Translations under genes and position numbers: made by a program
Part shown: positions 19,597 to 28,166 of the stretch, piece by piece
How the letters are laid out: every line of letters starts with the position of its first letter
Numbering within the stretch: position 1 is the stretch's first letter
DNA from: Paracoccaceae bacterium
Lineage (GTDB): Bacteria > Pseudomonadota > Alphaproteobacteria > Rhodobacterales > Rhodobacteraceae
NCBI GenBank assembly: GCA_016937725.1
Contig: JAFGVZ010000078.1
Coordinates: 1-50,151 of the forward strand
Reading direction: 5' to 3'
DNA: 50,151 bases
The notes under the pieces: generated by a model
Database searches by the model: none
The model's input: the letters and a program-made list of their open reading frames with translations, nothing else
Told to the model about the DNA's origin: nothing

Positions 19597-21252
19597 ATGG
19601 CGTCGTATCAATATGTCTACCACATGGATGGTGTGTCCAAGACCTATCCGGGTGGCAAGAAATGCTTCGAGAACATCCGCCTGTCCTTTCTGCCGGGCGT
19701 GAAAATCGGCGTGGTGGGCGTGAACGGTGCGGGTAAATCCACACTTCTGCGCATCATGTCCGGGGCCGACAAGGATTTTACCGGAGAGGCTTGGGCCGCC
19801 AAGGGCGCGCGCGTCGGCTATCTGCCGCAGGAACCGCATCTGGACCCTTCATTGGACGTGCGCGGCAATGTCATGCTGGGCGTGGCGGAAAAGCAGGCCA
19901 AGCTGGACCGCTATAACGAACTCGCCATGAACTATTCCGATGAGACCGCCGAGGAAATGGCCGCGCTGCAAGACCAGATCGACGCGGAAAACCTGTGGGA
20001 TCTGGACAGCCAGATTGATGTGGCCTTAGAGGCCCTGCGCTGCCCGCCCGACAACGCCAATGTCGAAACCCTGTCGGGCGGTGAACGCCGTCGCGTGGCG
20101 CTCTGCAAACTGCTGCTGGAAGCACCCGACATGCTGCTGCTGGACGAACCCACCAACCACCTGGACGCCGAAACGGTTGCGTGGCTGCAACAGCACCTGA
20201 TCGACTACAAGGGCACCATCCTGATCGTCACGCACGACCGCTATTTCCTCGATGACATCACCGGCTGGATTCTGGAACTCGACCGCGGCCGCGGCATTCC
20301 CTACGAGGGCAATTATTCCGCGTGGCTGGAGCAAAAGGCCAAACGCTTGGCGCAGGAAGCGCGCGAGGACAAGTCGCGCCAGAAATCGCTGGAACGCGAA
20401 TTGGAATGGATCAGGGCCGGGGCCAAAGCACGGCAGACCAAATCCAAGGCCCGCATTTCCGCTTATGAAGAAAAGGCCAACCAGTCCGAACGCGAGAAGG
20501 TTGGCCGCGCGCAGATCATCATCCCCAACGGCCCGCGCTTGGGTGGCAAGGTCATCGAAGTGACCGACCTGCGCAAAGGGTTCGAGGACAAGCTTCTGAT
20601 CGAAAACCTGTCCTTCGCGCTGCCGCCCGGTGGCATTGTCGGCGTGATCGGGCCGAACGGGGCGGGCAAATCGACCCTCTTCCGCATGCTGACCGGGCAG
20701 GAACAGCCCGACGCAGGCACGGTCGAATTCGGCGACACGGTGCAGCTATCTTACGTGGACCAGTCGCGCGATGCGCTGGATGGCAATAAAACCGTCTGGG
20801 AAGAAATCTCGGACGGGTTGGACATTGTCACCTTGGGCGACGCCGAAGTGAACAGCCGCGCCTATTGCTCTGCCTTCAACTTCAAGGGCGGCGACCAGCA
20901 AAAGAAAGTCGGCCTGCTGTCGGGCGGGGAACGCAACCGCGTGCATATGGCGAAACTGCTGCGCGCGGGCGGGAATGTGCTGCTGCTCGATGAGCCGACC
21001 AACGATCTGGACGTGGAAACCCTGCAAGCGCTGGAAGCGGCGCTGGAAGATTTCGCAGGCTGCGCGGTCATCATCTCGCACGACCGCTTCTTCCTTGACC
21101 GTCTTTGCACGCATATTCTGGCGTTTGAGGGCGAAGCGCATGTCGAATGGTTCGAAGGCAACTTCGCGGCCTATGAGGAAGACAAGAAGCGGCGTCTGGG
21201 GCCAGACGCGCTGGAGCCGAAGCGGGTGAAGTATAAGAAGTTTACGAGATAG
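19597..21252 (+). CDS. ettA: Energy-dependent translational throttle protein EttA (ABC-F)
   Basis: Two ABC cassettes; LSFLPGVKIGVVGVNGAGKST and ELEWIR...ARQTKSKARI; AGGAG RBS. Confidence 0.96.
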   Translation: MASYQYVYHMDGVSKTYPGGKKCFENIRLSFLPGVKIGVVGVNGAGKSTLLRIMSGADKDFTGEAWAAKGARVGYLPQEPHLDPSLDVRGNVMLGVAEKQAKLDRYNELAMNYSDETAEEMAALQDQIDAENLWDLDSQIDVALEALRCPPDNANVETLSGGERRRVALCKLLLEAPDMLLLDEPTNHLDAETVAWLQQHLIDYKGTILIVTHDRYFLDDITGWILELDRGRGIPYEGNYSAWLEQKAKRLAQEAREDKSRQKSLERELEWIRAGAKARQTKSKARISAYEEKANQSEREKVGRAQIIIPNGPRLGGKVIEVTDLRKGFEDKLLIENLSFALPPGGIVGVIGPNGAGKSTLFRMLTGQEQPDAGTVEFGDTVQLSYVDQSRDALDGNKTVWEEISDGLDIVTLGDAEVNSRAYCSAFNFKGGDQQKKVGLLSGGERNRVHMAKLLRAGGNVLLLDEPTNDLDVETLQALEAALEDFAGCAVIISHDRFFLDRLCTHILAFEGEAHVEWFEGNFAAYEEDKKRRLGPDALEPKRVKYKKFTR

Positions 21253-21305
21253 AGGGTGATTGAATAAGAACAAATACACAGTTTTTGTCACAGGGAGATT
21301 GATCT

Positions 21306-21578
21306 ATGACCTCAGCGGACATGATAAAGGCGCTGCGCTATCTTCGGGAGCGGGGGATGACTGACGATCAGTTGGACAGGCTTCATCACAGGACGTCACC
21401 AGAGACTTTTGCGGCTGCCTTCGACTATTGGGCTAAAGATCGCCAGCTTCAGCCTCAAAGCCAACTGTACTTAGCTCGTTTGCAATATGTCGTTTCAAGG
21501 CATCAGACTAGAAATGAAGGGGTTAGTTTCGATCAACTAATTGACGACGCTTGGAAAAGTATCGGTCACCACGTGTAG
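21306..21578 (+). CDS. Hypothetical protein (90 aa, AT-richer than flanks)
   Basis: GGGAG RBS and ATG; fills the gap between ettA and the TA pair; no recognised motif. Confidence 0.55.
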   Translation: MTSADMIKALRYLRERGMTDDQLDRLHHRTSPETFAAAFDYWAKDRQLQPQSQLYLARLQYVVSRHQTRNEGVSFDQLIDDAWKSIGHHV

Positions 21579-21609
21579 TGCTTCCATTGGGCCTTAGGAG
21601 TTCAAAAGC

Positions 21610-21635
21610 TTGACTGTCTGCACAATTGTACATAC
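21610..21635 (+). promoter_or_regulatory. Probable TA promoter with palindromic operator
   Basis: TTGACT at 21610-21615; near-palindrome TGCACAATTGTACA at 21619-21632 just before the toxin ATG; no RBS. Confidence 0.55.
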
Positions 21636-21941
21636 ATGATGGTGGACTTCGACTGGGATCACGGCAACAGTGCCAAATGCGAAAAGCACGGCCTAACCCG
21701 CGCACAGATCGAAGCGATGTTTCGTGCAGTGTTACATGTCGCACCCGACCCGGAACATTCAACCATCGCCGAACAGCGGTTCATCGCGGTCGGCATGACC
21801 CCCGAAGGCCGACCAGCCTTCATCGCTTTTTGCTGGCGGGACGGAAAAATACGCCCGATCAGCGCCCGTTACATGCACGCCAGAGAGGTGGCACGCTATG
21901 CCCAAGCCTTCCCCGAAATCCGTTCCGGTCCTGACCACTGA
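21636..21941 (+). CDS. brnT: BrnT-family ribonuclease toxin
   Basis: FDWD..N..KCEKHG, EQRFIAVG and IRPISARYMH are BrnT/DUF497 signatures. Confidence 0.88.
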   Translation: MMVDFDWDHGNSAKCEKHGLTRAQIEAMFRAVLHVAPDPEHSTIAEQRFIAVGMTPEGRPAFIAFCWRDGKIRPISARYMHAREVARYAQAFPEIRSGPDH

Positions 21942-22152
21942 CGCGCAAGCCGAGGACTTTCTGGACCAAGACCTCTCCACCCTCGATTTCGCGCAATTCA
22001 AACCAATGCGCTTCGAAGCCCTGCCCAAATCCGCCCGCGTGACCATGCGCCTGCCCGAACCCCTGATCGCGGCGCTGAAGGCCCGCGCGAAAGAGCGCGG
22101 TATCCCCTACCAGCGCCTGATCCGTGAGGCGTTGGAGCAAGCGCTCGATTAA
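21898..22152 (+). CDS. BrnA/CopG-family antitoxin
   Basis: C-terminal ribbon-helix-helix VTMRLPE...ARAKERGIPYQRLIREAL; overlaps the toxin 3' end. Confidence 0.85.
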   Translation: MPKPSPKSVPVLTTDAQAEDFLDQDLSTLDFAQFKPMRFEALPKSARVTMRLPEPLIAALKARAKERGIPYQRLIREALEQALD

Positions 22153-22218
22153 CCCCATCTTGCACCCGCCCCCCCAATCGGCGACAAGCCCCGTGATCCG
22201 TTCCAAGGGGCCTGACCC

Positions 22219-23529
22219 ATGCAGATACCTGCCCTGATCCGGGCCTATATGGCGTTCTCGCGCCTGTCCGCGCCGATTTGGCATGCGGCGCTGAACTGGC
22301 GTGCGCGCAAGGGCAAGGAAGACCCCGCGCGCCTGTCCGAGCGGTGGGGCCACCCCGCTCAGGCGCGCCCGGAAGGCGAGCTTCTGTGGCTCCACGGTGT
22401 CAGCGTGGGCGAGGTGACGGTGCTTCTGACGCTCTTGGACCGCCTGTCGCAAACCCGCCCGCAGACGCATTTCCTGCTGACATCGATCACCCGCGCGGCC
22501 GCCGATGCGATGGCCAAGCGCCAACTGCCCCCGCGCGTTATCCACCATTACGCGCCCGCCGATTACCCCGCCGCCGTTGCGCAATTCCTCGACCACTGGC
22601 GCCCCGATGCGTTTGTTCTGTCGGAAATGGACCTCTGGCCGCGCCTGTTGGCGGAAACCCGCAAGCGCGGCATCCCCATGGCCATCGTGAACGCCCATGT
22701 CACCCCCCGCCGTTTGCGCAACCGCAAGCGGGTGGCAGCGGCGAATGGCTGGTTGATGGACCTGTTTGACACGATCCATGTGCAGGACGCGCGCTCGTCA
22801 GAGTTGTTCGCCCAGATCAACGCCCCGATGGACAAGATCAAGGTCACGGGCCTGTTGAAAGCCGCGTCCAACCCGCCGCCCGACCACCCGGACGCCCGCG
22901 CCGAAATCGCAGCACAAATCGGTGAGCGCCCGCGATGGCTGGCGGCCTCCACCCGGACCGAGGAAGAGGCGCAGGTCATGCAGGTGCACGCGCAAGCGCT
23001 GGAAGCCTGCCCTGACCTTCTGATGATCATAGCGCCGCGCCAGATGAAAGACGCCGACCGCACAGAGGCGGATGCCCGCGCCGTGTTCGACCCCGCGCGC
23101 ATTGCGCGGCGGTCCGAGGGCCAGCCGATCACGCCGCGCACTCAGATCTATATCGCTGACAGTTTGGGGGAGATGGGGATCTGGCTGCGGCTGGTGCCGG
23201 TGGCTTATCCGGGTCAGTCGTTGCCGCTGGAGGGGCGCGTGATGACCGGCAAGAACCCGTTCGAGGCGATCGGGCTGGGTGTGATGGTGGTGCATGGGCC
23301 AAATGTCGGCAATTTCCGCGCGGCTTATGAGATGCTGGCTGCCGAAGGCGCGGCCTTGGCCGTGGCGGATGCGGGTGCCATGGCGCAGGCCGTGATTGCC
23401 GCTCAAGACCCGTCCTTCCGGGCTCCCTATCTGGCTGGTGCCGCACGCGTGCAGGCGCAGGTTATGGCCCCGCTGGAACAGGCCGCGCAGATGATCAGCA
23501 GGATGCTGCCGCCCCATACGGACAAATGA
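22219..23529 (+). CDS. Kdo transferase-like protein (WaaA/KdtA, GT30), divergent
   Basis: RKGKEDPARLSERWG, WLHGVSVGE, APAD..FLDHWRPD, DSLGEMG, NPFEA, GPNVGNF. Confidence 0.85.
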   Translation: MQIPALIRAYMAFSRLSAPIWHAALNWRARKGKEDPARLSERWGHPAQARPEGELLWLHGVSVGEVTVLLTLLDRLSQTRPQTHFLLTSITRAAADAMAKRQLPPRVIHHYAPADYPAAVAQFLDHWRPDAFVLSEMDLWPRLLAETRKRGIPMAIVNAHVTPRRLRNRKRVAAANGWLMDLFDTIHVQDARSSELFAQINAPMDKIKVTGLLKAASNPPPDHPDARAEIAAQIGERPRWLAASTRTEEEAQVMQVHAQALEACPDLLMIIAPRQMKDADRTEADARAVFDPARIARRSEGQPITPRTQIYIADSLGEMGIWLRLVPVAYPGQSLPLEGRVMTGKNPFEAIGLGVMVVHGPNVGNFRAAYEMLAAEGAALAVADAGAMAQAVIAAQDPSFRAPYLAGAARVQAQVMAPLEQAAQMISRMLPPHTDK

Positions 23530-23606
23530 AATACTCGTTTTAACCGCCCGCAAGGCGCGGTATGCACGGGCTGGGAAATGGACAACAGAACGGAAAGGTC
23601 TGGGAC

Positions 23607-24299
23607 ATGGACAAACTTCGCGTCTATATCGGTTGGGATTCGCGCGAGGATATCGCGTATCAGGTGGCCAAGCAGTCGCTGGAAAAGCACGCCACCATTC
23701 CGGTCGAGGTGATCCCGATCAAGCTGCAAGAGCTGGTCGATCAGGGGCTTTACACGCGCGAGATTGACCCGCTGGCCTCGACCGAGTTCACCTATTCGCG
23801 GTTTCTTGTGCCGTATCTGGCCGGATACGAGGGCTGGGCGATCTTCGTCGATTGCGACTTCCTGTTCTTCGGTGATGTGGCCGAACTTCAGCAATACATG
23901 GACCCGTCCAAGGCGGTTTGTGTCGTGCAGCATGACTACCAGCCGAAGGAAACCACCAAGATGGACGGGGTGCCGCAATCGGCCTATCCGCGCAAGAACT
24001 GGTCGTCCTTTATGCTGATGAATTGCGGCCATCCCAGCACGAAGCAGCTGACGCCCGAAGTGGTCAACAGCCAGACCGGCGCGTATCTGCACCGTCTGCA
24101 ATGGGCGCAGGACGACGAAATCGGCGCACTGCCCACCGGCTGGAACTGGTTGGAAGGTTGGTATGACAAACCCGCAGAGGGCTATCCGCAAGCCGTGCAC
24201 CATACTCGCGGCGGGCCGTGGTTCAAGGAGTGGCAAGAAGTGGATTACGCCGCTGAATGGCTGGCAGAAGCCGCCGAGTATGAGGCCAAGGCCGGATGA
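23607..24299 (+). CDS. GT8-like nucleotide-sugar transferase (plant CDI-like family)
   Basis: IGWDSREDIAY, STEFTYSRFLVP, DxD (FVDCDFL), KMDG..Q..YPRKNWSS, HHTRGGPWF. Confidence 0.85.
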   Translation: MDKLRVYIGWDSREDIAYQVAKQSLEKHATIPVEVIPIKLQELVDQGLYTREIDPLASTEFTYSRFLVPYLAGYEGWAIFVDCDFLFFGDVAELQQYMDPSKAVCVVQHDYQPKETTKMDGVPQSAYPRKNWSSFMLMNCGHPSTKQLTPEVVNSQTGAYLHRLQWAQDDEIGALPTGWNWLEGWYDKPAEGYPQAVHHTRGGPWFKEWQEVDYAAEWLAEAAEYEAKAG

Positions 24300-25420
24300 A
24301 TTGGTCAGCGCTTGCGCAGTTTGACGGCATCGTTGCGCCGCCGGGGTTATTTCCGGCGCGCGACCTTCCGCCCTTGTCGCGCTGGCGCACCGATGACCCG
24401 GCGCTGCGGGACCGATACGACACAGATACGCTGATCTATGGCGCAGTCTGGAGCGCGCAGACCAAGCGTCTGCGCGTTTATGCGCCGCGCCCACTGAATC
24501 TGTTGCCCCTCTTGCGTGGTGCGCGGTGGCTGGCCGATGGTGTGGCTTTGGGCAAGCCGAAGCTGCGCCGTTTCAAGCGTTATGCTACGCTGGAGTTCGA
24601 CGCGCCGAAGCCTGTCGCTCAGCTTGGTTTTGAGAGAGACGGCTGGCAGGCCACTTGCCCTGTGCAGCAGGCCGACCCGGACCCTTTCATGGGCTGCAAC
24701 GTGCTTTACACCATGTCGCAGAACAACGATCTGGACTGGGTCTGCGACTGGGTCATGTATCACCACCGCGCCCATGGGGCCGATGCGGTGTTGATCTCCG
24801 ACAACCGCTCGACCGCCTACACGCCCGAAGATTTGCGAGTGCGGCTGGTTGGTTTGGGTGTGCTGAAAGCGGTGCTGGTGCAGTCGGTGCCCTATCGCCA
24901 CGGGCCAAGCTCTCAGATTTGCACACGAGCGTCGGATGCGCGTTATTTGCAAAGTGCGACCGCGAATTTCATGCGCGACGTTTGGCTGCGCCGGGCGCGC
25001 GCCGTCTTGTCCTGCGATATAGACGAGATTGTCGCCAGCCAGTCGGGACGCAGCATTTTCGACGCGGTCTGCGCTTCTCGGCTTGGGGTCGTGACCTTTC
25101 CGGGCTATTGGCGCTTTTGCGACCCGGCCCAAGATAGCCCGACCCATTCGGACCATGTCTTTACCCGGCCCGACCGTCTGAAGCCCTGCCCGAGGAAATA
25201 TGCATGGCGGCCCGATGGGTGGCTGGGTGATTGGTCTCTGATGATCCATAGCCTTGAATCCGTGCCACGCCGATGGGCCAGCGGCGCACCCGATTTCTGG
25301 TTCCTGCATTGCGACGGGATTACCACGCGCTGGAAGGCCGGTCGAGAAAAGGCCGATATAGCGCTAAAGCAAACCTACGATGAAAACGCGAAACAGGCGT
25401 TGGCGCGGGGTGGGCTTTAA
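24296..25420 (+). CDS. Putative GT-A glycosyltransferase (GT2/GT92-like)
   Basis: WVCDWVMYHH..HGADAVLISDNRS and LSCDIDE (DxDE) motifs; ATGA overlap with the upstream GT. Confidence 0.6.
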   Translation: MNWSALAQFDGIVAPPGLFPARDLPPLSRWRTDDPALRDRYDTDTLIYGAVWSAQTKRLRVYAPRPLNLLPLLRGARWLADGVALGKPKLRRFKRYATLEFDAPKPVAQLGFERDGWQATCPVQQADPDPFMGCNVLYTMSQNNDLDWVCDWVMYHHRAHGADAVLISDNRSTAYTPEDLRVRLVGLGVLKAVLVQSVPYRHGPSSQICTRASDARYLQSATANFMRDVWLRRARAVLSCDIDEIVASQSGRSIFDAVCASRLGVVTFPGYWRFCDPAQDSPTHSDHVFTRPDRLKPCPRKYAWRPDGWLGDWSLMIHSLESVPRRWASGAPDFWFLHCDGITTRWKAGREKADIALKQTYDENAKQALARGGL

Positions 25421-26331
25421 CGCTTGAAAAGTTTGCTTTCCAGCGTCCAGACCAGATGTGACAGCCGGGTCGACTTTACGTCTTGATACACGAAAGGACG
25501 GCGCACCTTGCGGGTGGTGGTGAGGTAATCCTCTGCAAAGGGCAGGGCATGTGGTGGCCTGTTGCGCAGGCGTGTGACCGCGTCGGCGTCCATGTCGTGA
25601 AAAAACGCCGCTTCGCGCACGCGTGGGGGCAAAATGCGTTGCGCCAAGCTTCGGGACCGCGCGCGCCAGCGAAAGATTGGCACTTCCGGGCAGTAAAAGC
25701 CCCAAGGGGCGATCAGCCATTCCATGGGTTGGAACAAGGCTTCGGCCTGTTTGCCATTGGCTGCTTCGCTGGGTTGGAAGCGCCAGTCGGCGGCACGCAG
25801 CGTTTCGCAGTCGCAAATGCAGATATCTGCGTAATAGTTCCACGGGCGGAGCGTGCCAGCACGGCTGCGGAACTGAGCGAAACCTGGCAGATTGCCTGAT
25901 GTGACTGCCCAGCCGGCTCTCTTTTTCGCGGACTTGATGAAAAACGGGTAGACAAAGGCCGCATCCTTCGGGGCCAGTGCCTGCGCGACATGGTCGAGGT
26001 CGGTCGCATTCGGGCTGCGCACAAGCTGCGTGTCATCTTGCAGATACAGCAAAAACTGTGTTTGGCATTCAGCAAGTGCATGCTGCATGTTGCCGTAAAG
26101 CCCGCCGTGAAACCCGGCCTTGCCACTAGCCACGATGACCCGCACATCTGCCAACGTCCGGGCTTCGTCCAGTAAAGAGATCTGCGCAGGGTCATCGCTG
26201 GCATCATCCATCACCAGCACCGGCGCGCCCGGTAGGTGCCGCCGCACGGAGGCGAGGCAATTTTGCAAATGCGCCGGGCGGTTATAGGTCATGACCGCCA
26301 CCGTCAGCTTGGCTGCAAGGGCAGGCTCCAT
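25417..26331 (-). CDS. Glycosyltransferase family 2 protein
   Basis: VAVMTYNRP, VMDDASDD, LYLQDD. Confidence 0.8.
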   Translation of the reverse strand: MEPALAAKLTVAVMTYNRPAHLQNCLASVRRHLPGAPVLVMDDASDDPAQISLLDEARTLADVRVIVASGKAGFHGGLYGNMQHALAECQTQFLLYLQDDTQLVRSPNATDLDHVAQALAPKDAAFVYPFFIKSAKKRAGWAVTSGNLPGFAQFRSRAGTLRPWNYYADICICDCETLRAADWRFQPSEAANGKQAEALFQPMEWLIAPWGFYCPEVPIFRWRARSRSLAQRILPPRVREAAFFHDMDADAVTRLRNRPPHALPFAEDYLTTTRKVRRPFVYQDVKSTRLSHLVWTLESKLFKR

Positions 26332-26333
26332 TT

Positions 26334-27299
26334 TCAGACCACGCCCGCGCGCAGGCAATCATGCAGGCGGATCATACCTCGCACCTGCTGCGCGTCATCG
26401 ACCACGCACAGCGCGTTGACCTTCTTGCTATTCATGACCGCTACAGCTTCGGATACCAGTGCCTCGGGAGCAATTGTTTTTGGGTTTCGTGTGGCAACAT
26501 CACGGGCGTGCCGCGTCATCAGCCCATCCATGTTGCGGCGCAAATCGCCATCGGTGATAATGCCTGTCAGCCGTGTGCCATCGACAATGATTGCCACGCC
26601 ATAGCCTGTGCCGGTCATGCGCACCAAGACATCCGACATGGGCGTGTCTTCCGTGACCAAGGGCAGCACATCTCCGGTATACATTAGGTCCGTGACGCGC
26701 AGGAATTGCGCGCCCAGCTTGCCGCCTGGGTGGAACAGATGAAAGCTCTCGGGGTCGAAGCCGCGCCGTTTCATAACGGCCACCGCCAGCGCATCCCCCA
26801 GCGCCATGCTCGCCGTGGTCGAGGTGGTGGGCGCCATGCCAATGGCGCAGGCTTCGGGAACATCTGGCAAACACAGCACAATATCCGCCGCCCGGCCCAA
26901 GGTGCTGTCTGGTGCGCGGGTGATTGCAATGAGAGGGATTGCAAAGCGCCGCGTGTAGCTGATTACATCGCTCAGTTCACGCGACTCGCCCGAATTGGAC
27001 AGCAAGATGCAGCAATCTTCCTGCGTGATCATGCCCAGATCGCCATGGCTGGCTTCGGATGCGTGGACGAAATGCGCGGGGGTTCCGGTAGAAGCAAAGG
27101 TCGCCGCCATCTTGCGCCCGACATGGCCGGATTTGCCGATGCCGACCACGATCAGGCGCCCTTTCAACAAGGTCAGCCGTTCGACCGCTTCGGCAAATTG
27201 CGCGCCCAGCGTTGCGGCCATCAGGTCAAGTGCGCGCGCTTCGGTGCGCAGCACTTCGCGACCTGCGGCGATTGCATCCTCGATTGTTTTCAGCGGCAC
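26334..27299 (-). CDS. kdsD: Arabinose-5-phosphate isomerase (KpsF/GutQ family)
   Basis: SIS domain GIGKSGH, EASHGDLG, APTTST, HPGGKLG, then a CBS pair (GIITDGDLRR); GTG start inferred from a GAGG RBS. Confidence 0.92.
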   Translation of the reverse strand: MPLKTIEDAIAAGREVLRTEARALDLMAATLGAQFAEAVERLTLLKGRLIVVGIGKSGHVGRKMAATFASTGTPAHFVHASEASHGDLGMITQEDCCILLSNSGESRELSDVISYTRRFAIPLIAITRAPDSTLGRAADIVLCLPDVPEACAIGMAPTTSTTASMALGDALAVAVMKRRGFDPESFHLFHPGGKLGAQFLRVTDLMYTGDVLPLVTEDTPMSDVLVRMTGTGYGVAIIVDGTRLTGIITDGDLRRNMDGLMTRHARDVATRNPKTIAPEALVSEAVAVMNSKKVNALCVVDDAQQVRGMIRLHDCLRAGVV

Positions 27300-27416
27300 C
27301 GGCGCGACCTCTTGTGTTGCATACCCGCGACTTACCGCGCCGCTTGTTGCCAAGTCAATTGCGGGTGCGCCGCTTTCGGCTTGGGGTGCCGCGCGAAATC
27401 GCGCTAAGGCAATGGG

Positions 27417-27770
27417 ATGGAACTGACACTTACCTCTGTCCTTGCGGTTTTCCTTGGTGGTGCCTTGGGTGGGGTCGCGCGGGCTTGGATATCCGCCAAG
27501 GTCGTTGGGCCTGTGGGGATATTGCTTGTTAATGTGTCCGGCAGTTTCGCCTTGGGCCTGTTGGCCGGGTTTGCCACGCAGTCCAGCCTGCTTTGGCTGG
27601 TTTTGGCAACGGGCGTTCTGGGGGCCTTCACGACCGTGTCCAGCTTCGCCTTGCTCAGCGTTCAGATGTGGGGGGCAGGGCGCAAGAAGCGTGCGTCGGG
27701 CTACGTGGTGATGTCGGTTCTATCGTCGGTTTGTGCGGTTGGCCTTGGGTTTTGGGTGGCTGCCCCGTGA
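27417..27770 (+). CDS. crcB: Fluoride efflux channel Fluc/CrcB, subunit 1
   Basis: GGALGGVAR, NVSGSF, TGVLGAFTTVSSF; 4 TM helices. Confidence 0.85.
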   Translation: MELTLTSVLAVFLGGALGGVARAWISAKVVGPVGILLVNVSGSFALGLLAGFATQSSLLWLVLATGVLGAFTTVSSFALLSVQMWGAGRKKRASGYVVMSVLSSVCAVGLGFWVAAP

Positions 27771-28114
27771 TGGTCTGGGTTGCCTTTGGCGCGGGTCTGG
27801 GCGCGGGTCTGCGCGCTGCTTTGGCCGTAGCGCTGCCCCTTGCGGGCAGTCTGGGCGCAAACGCGGCCGGGTCACTTCTGATCGGCTTCCTGGCCGCGTT
27901 GCCGCTGTCGGCCCGCATGCGGGCTTTTGCCATGACGGGCTTTTGCGGCGGGTTCACTACCTTTTCGCTGTTCGGGTTCGAAGTGATTACCCTGCTGCAA
28001 GCGGATGCGGTGGCCTTTGCGGCATTCTATGTTGCAACCACGCTGGCCTTGTCCTTGGGTGGGGTCGCGCTGGGGCTATGGGTTGGGCGTAGGCTGGTGC
28101 GCCGCCGTGCGTAA
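27767..28114 (+). CDS. crcB: Fluoride efflux channel Fluc/CrcB, subunit 2
   Basis: GAGLR, ANAAGSLLIG, TGFCGGFTTFSLF; start (GTG 27767 or ATG 27770) overlaps the stop of the first copy. Confidence 0.85.
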   Translation: MMVWVAFGAGLGAGLRAALAVALPLAGSLGANAAGSLLIGFLAALPLSARMRAFAMTGFCGGFTTFSLFGFEVITLLQADAVAFAAFYVATTLALSLGGVALGLWVGRRLVRRRA

Positions 28115-28147
28115 TGAAACAGGGGGCCTGCGCGGCCCCCTGTTTCA
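28115..28147. terminator. Bidirectional terminator between the crcB pair and fabB
   Basis: tgaaacagggggcc-tgcgc-ggccccctgtttca perfect 14-bp stem. Confidence 0.85.
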
Positions 28148-28166
28148 ACGATCTCGGGACCGCCTG

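Noticed and set aside
21253-21305. Alphaproteobacterial LexA box (GAAC-N7-GAAC) before the orphan ORF
   Set aside because: Only one GAAC half-site (21268-21271); no partner at the required spacing
27354-27430. GGCAATGG before crcB as a fluoride riboswitch
   Set aside because: Downstream consensus elements are absent and the motif runs into the start codon
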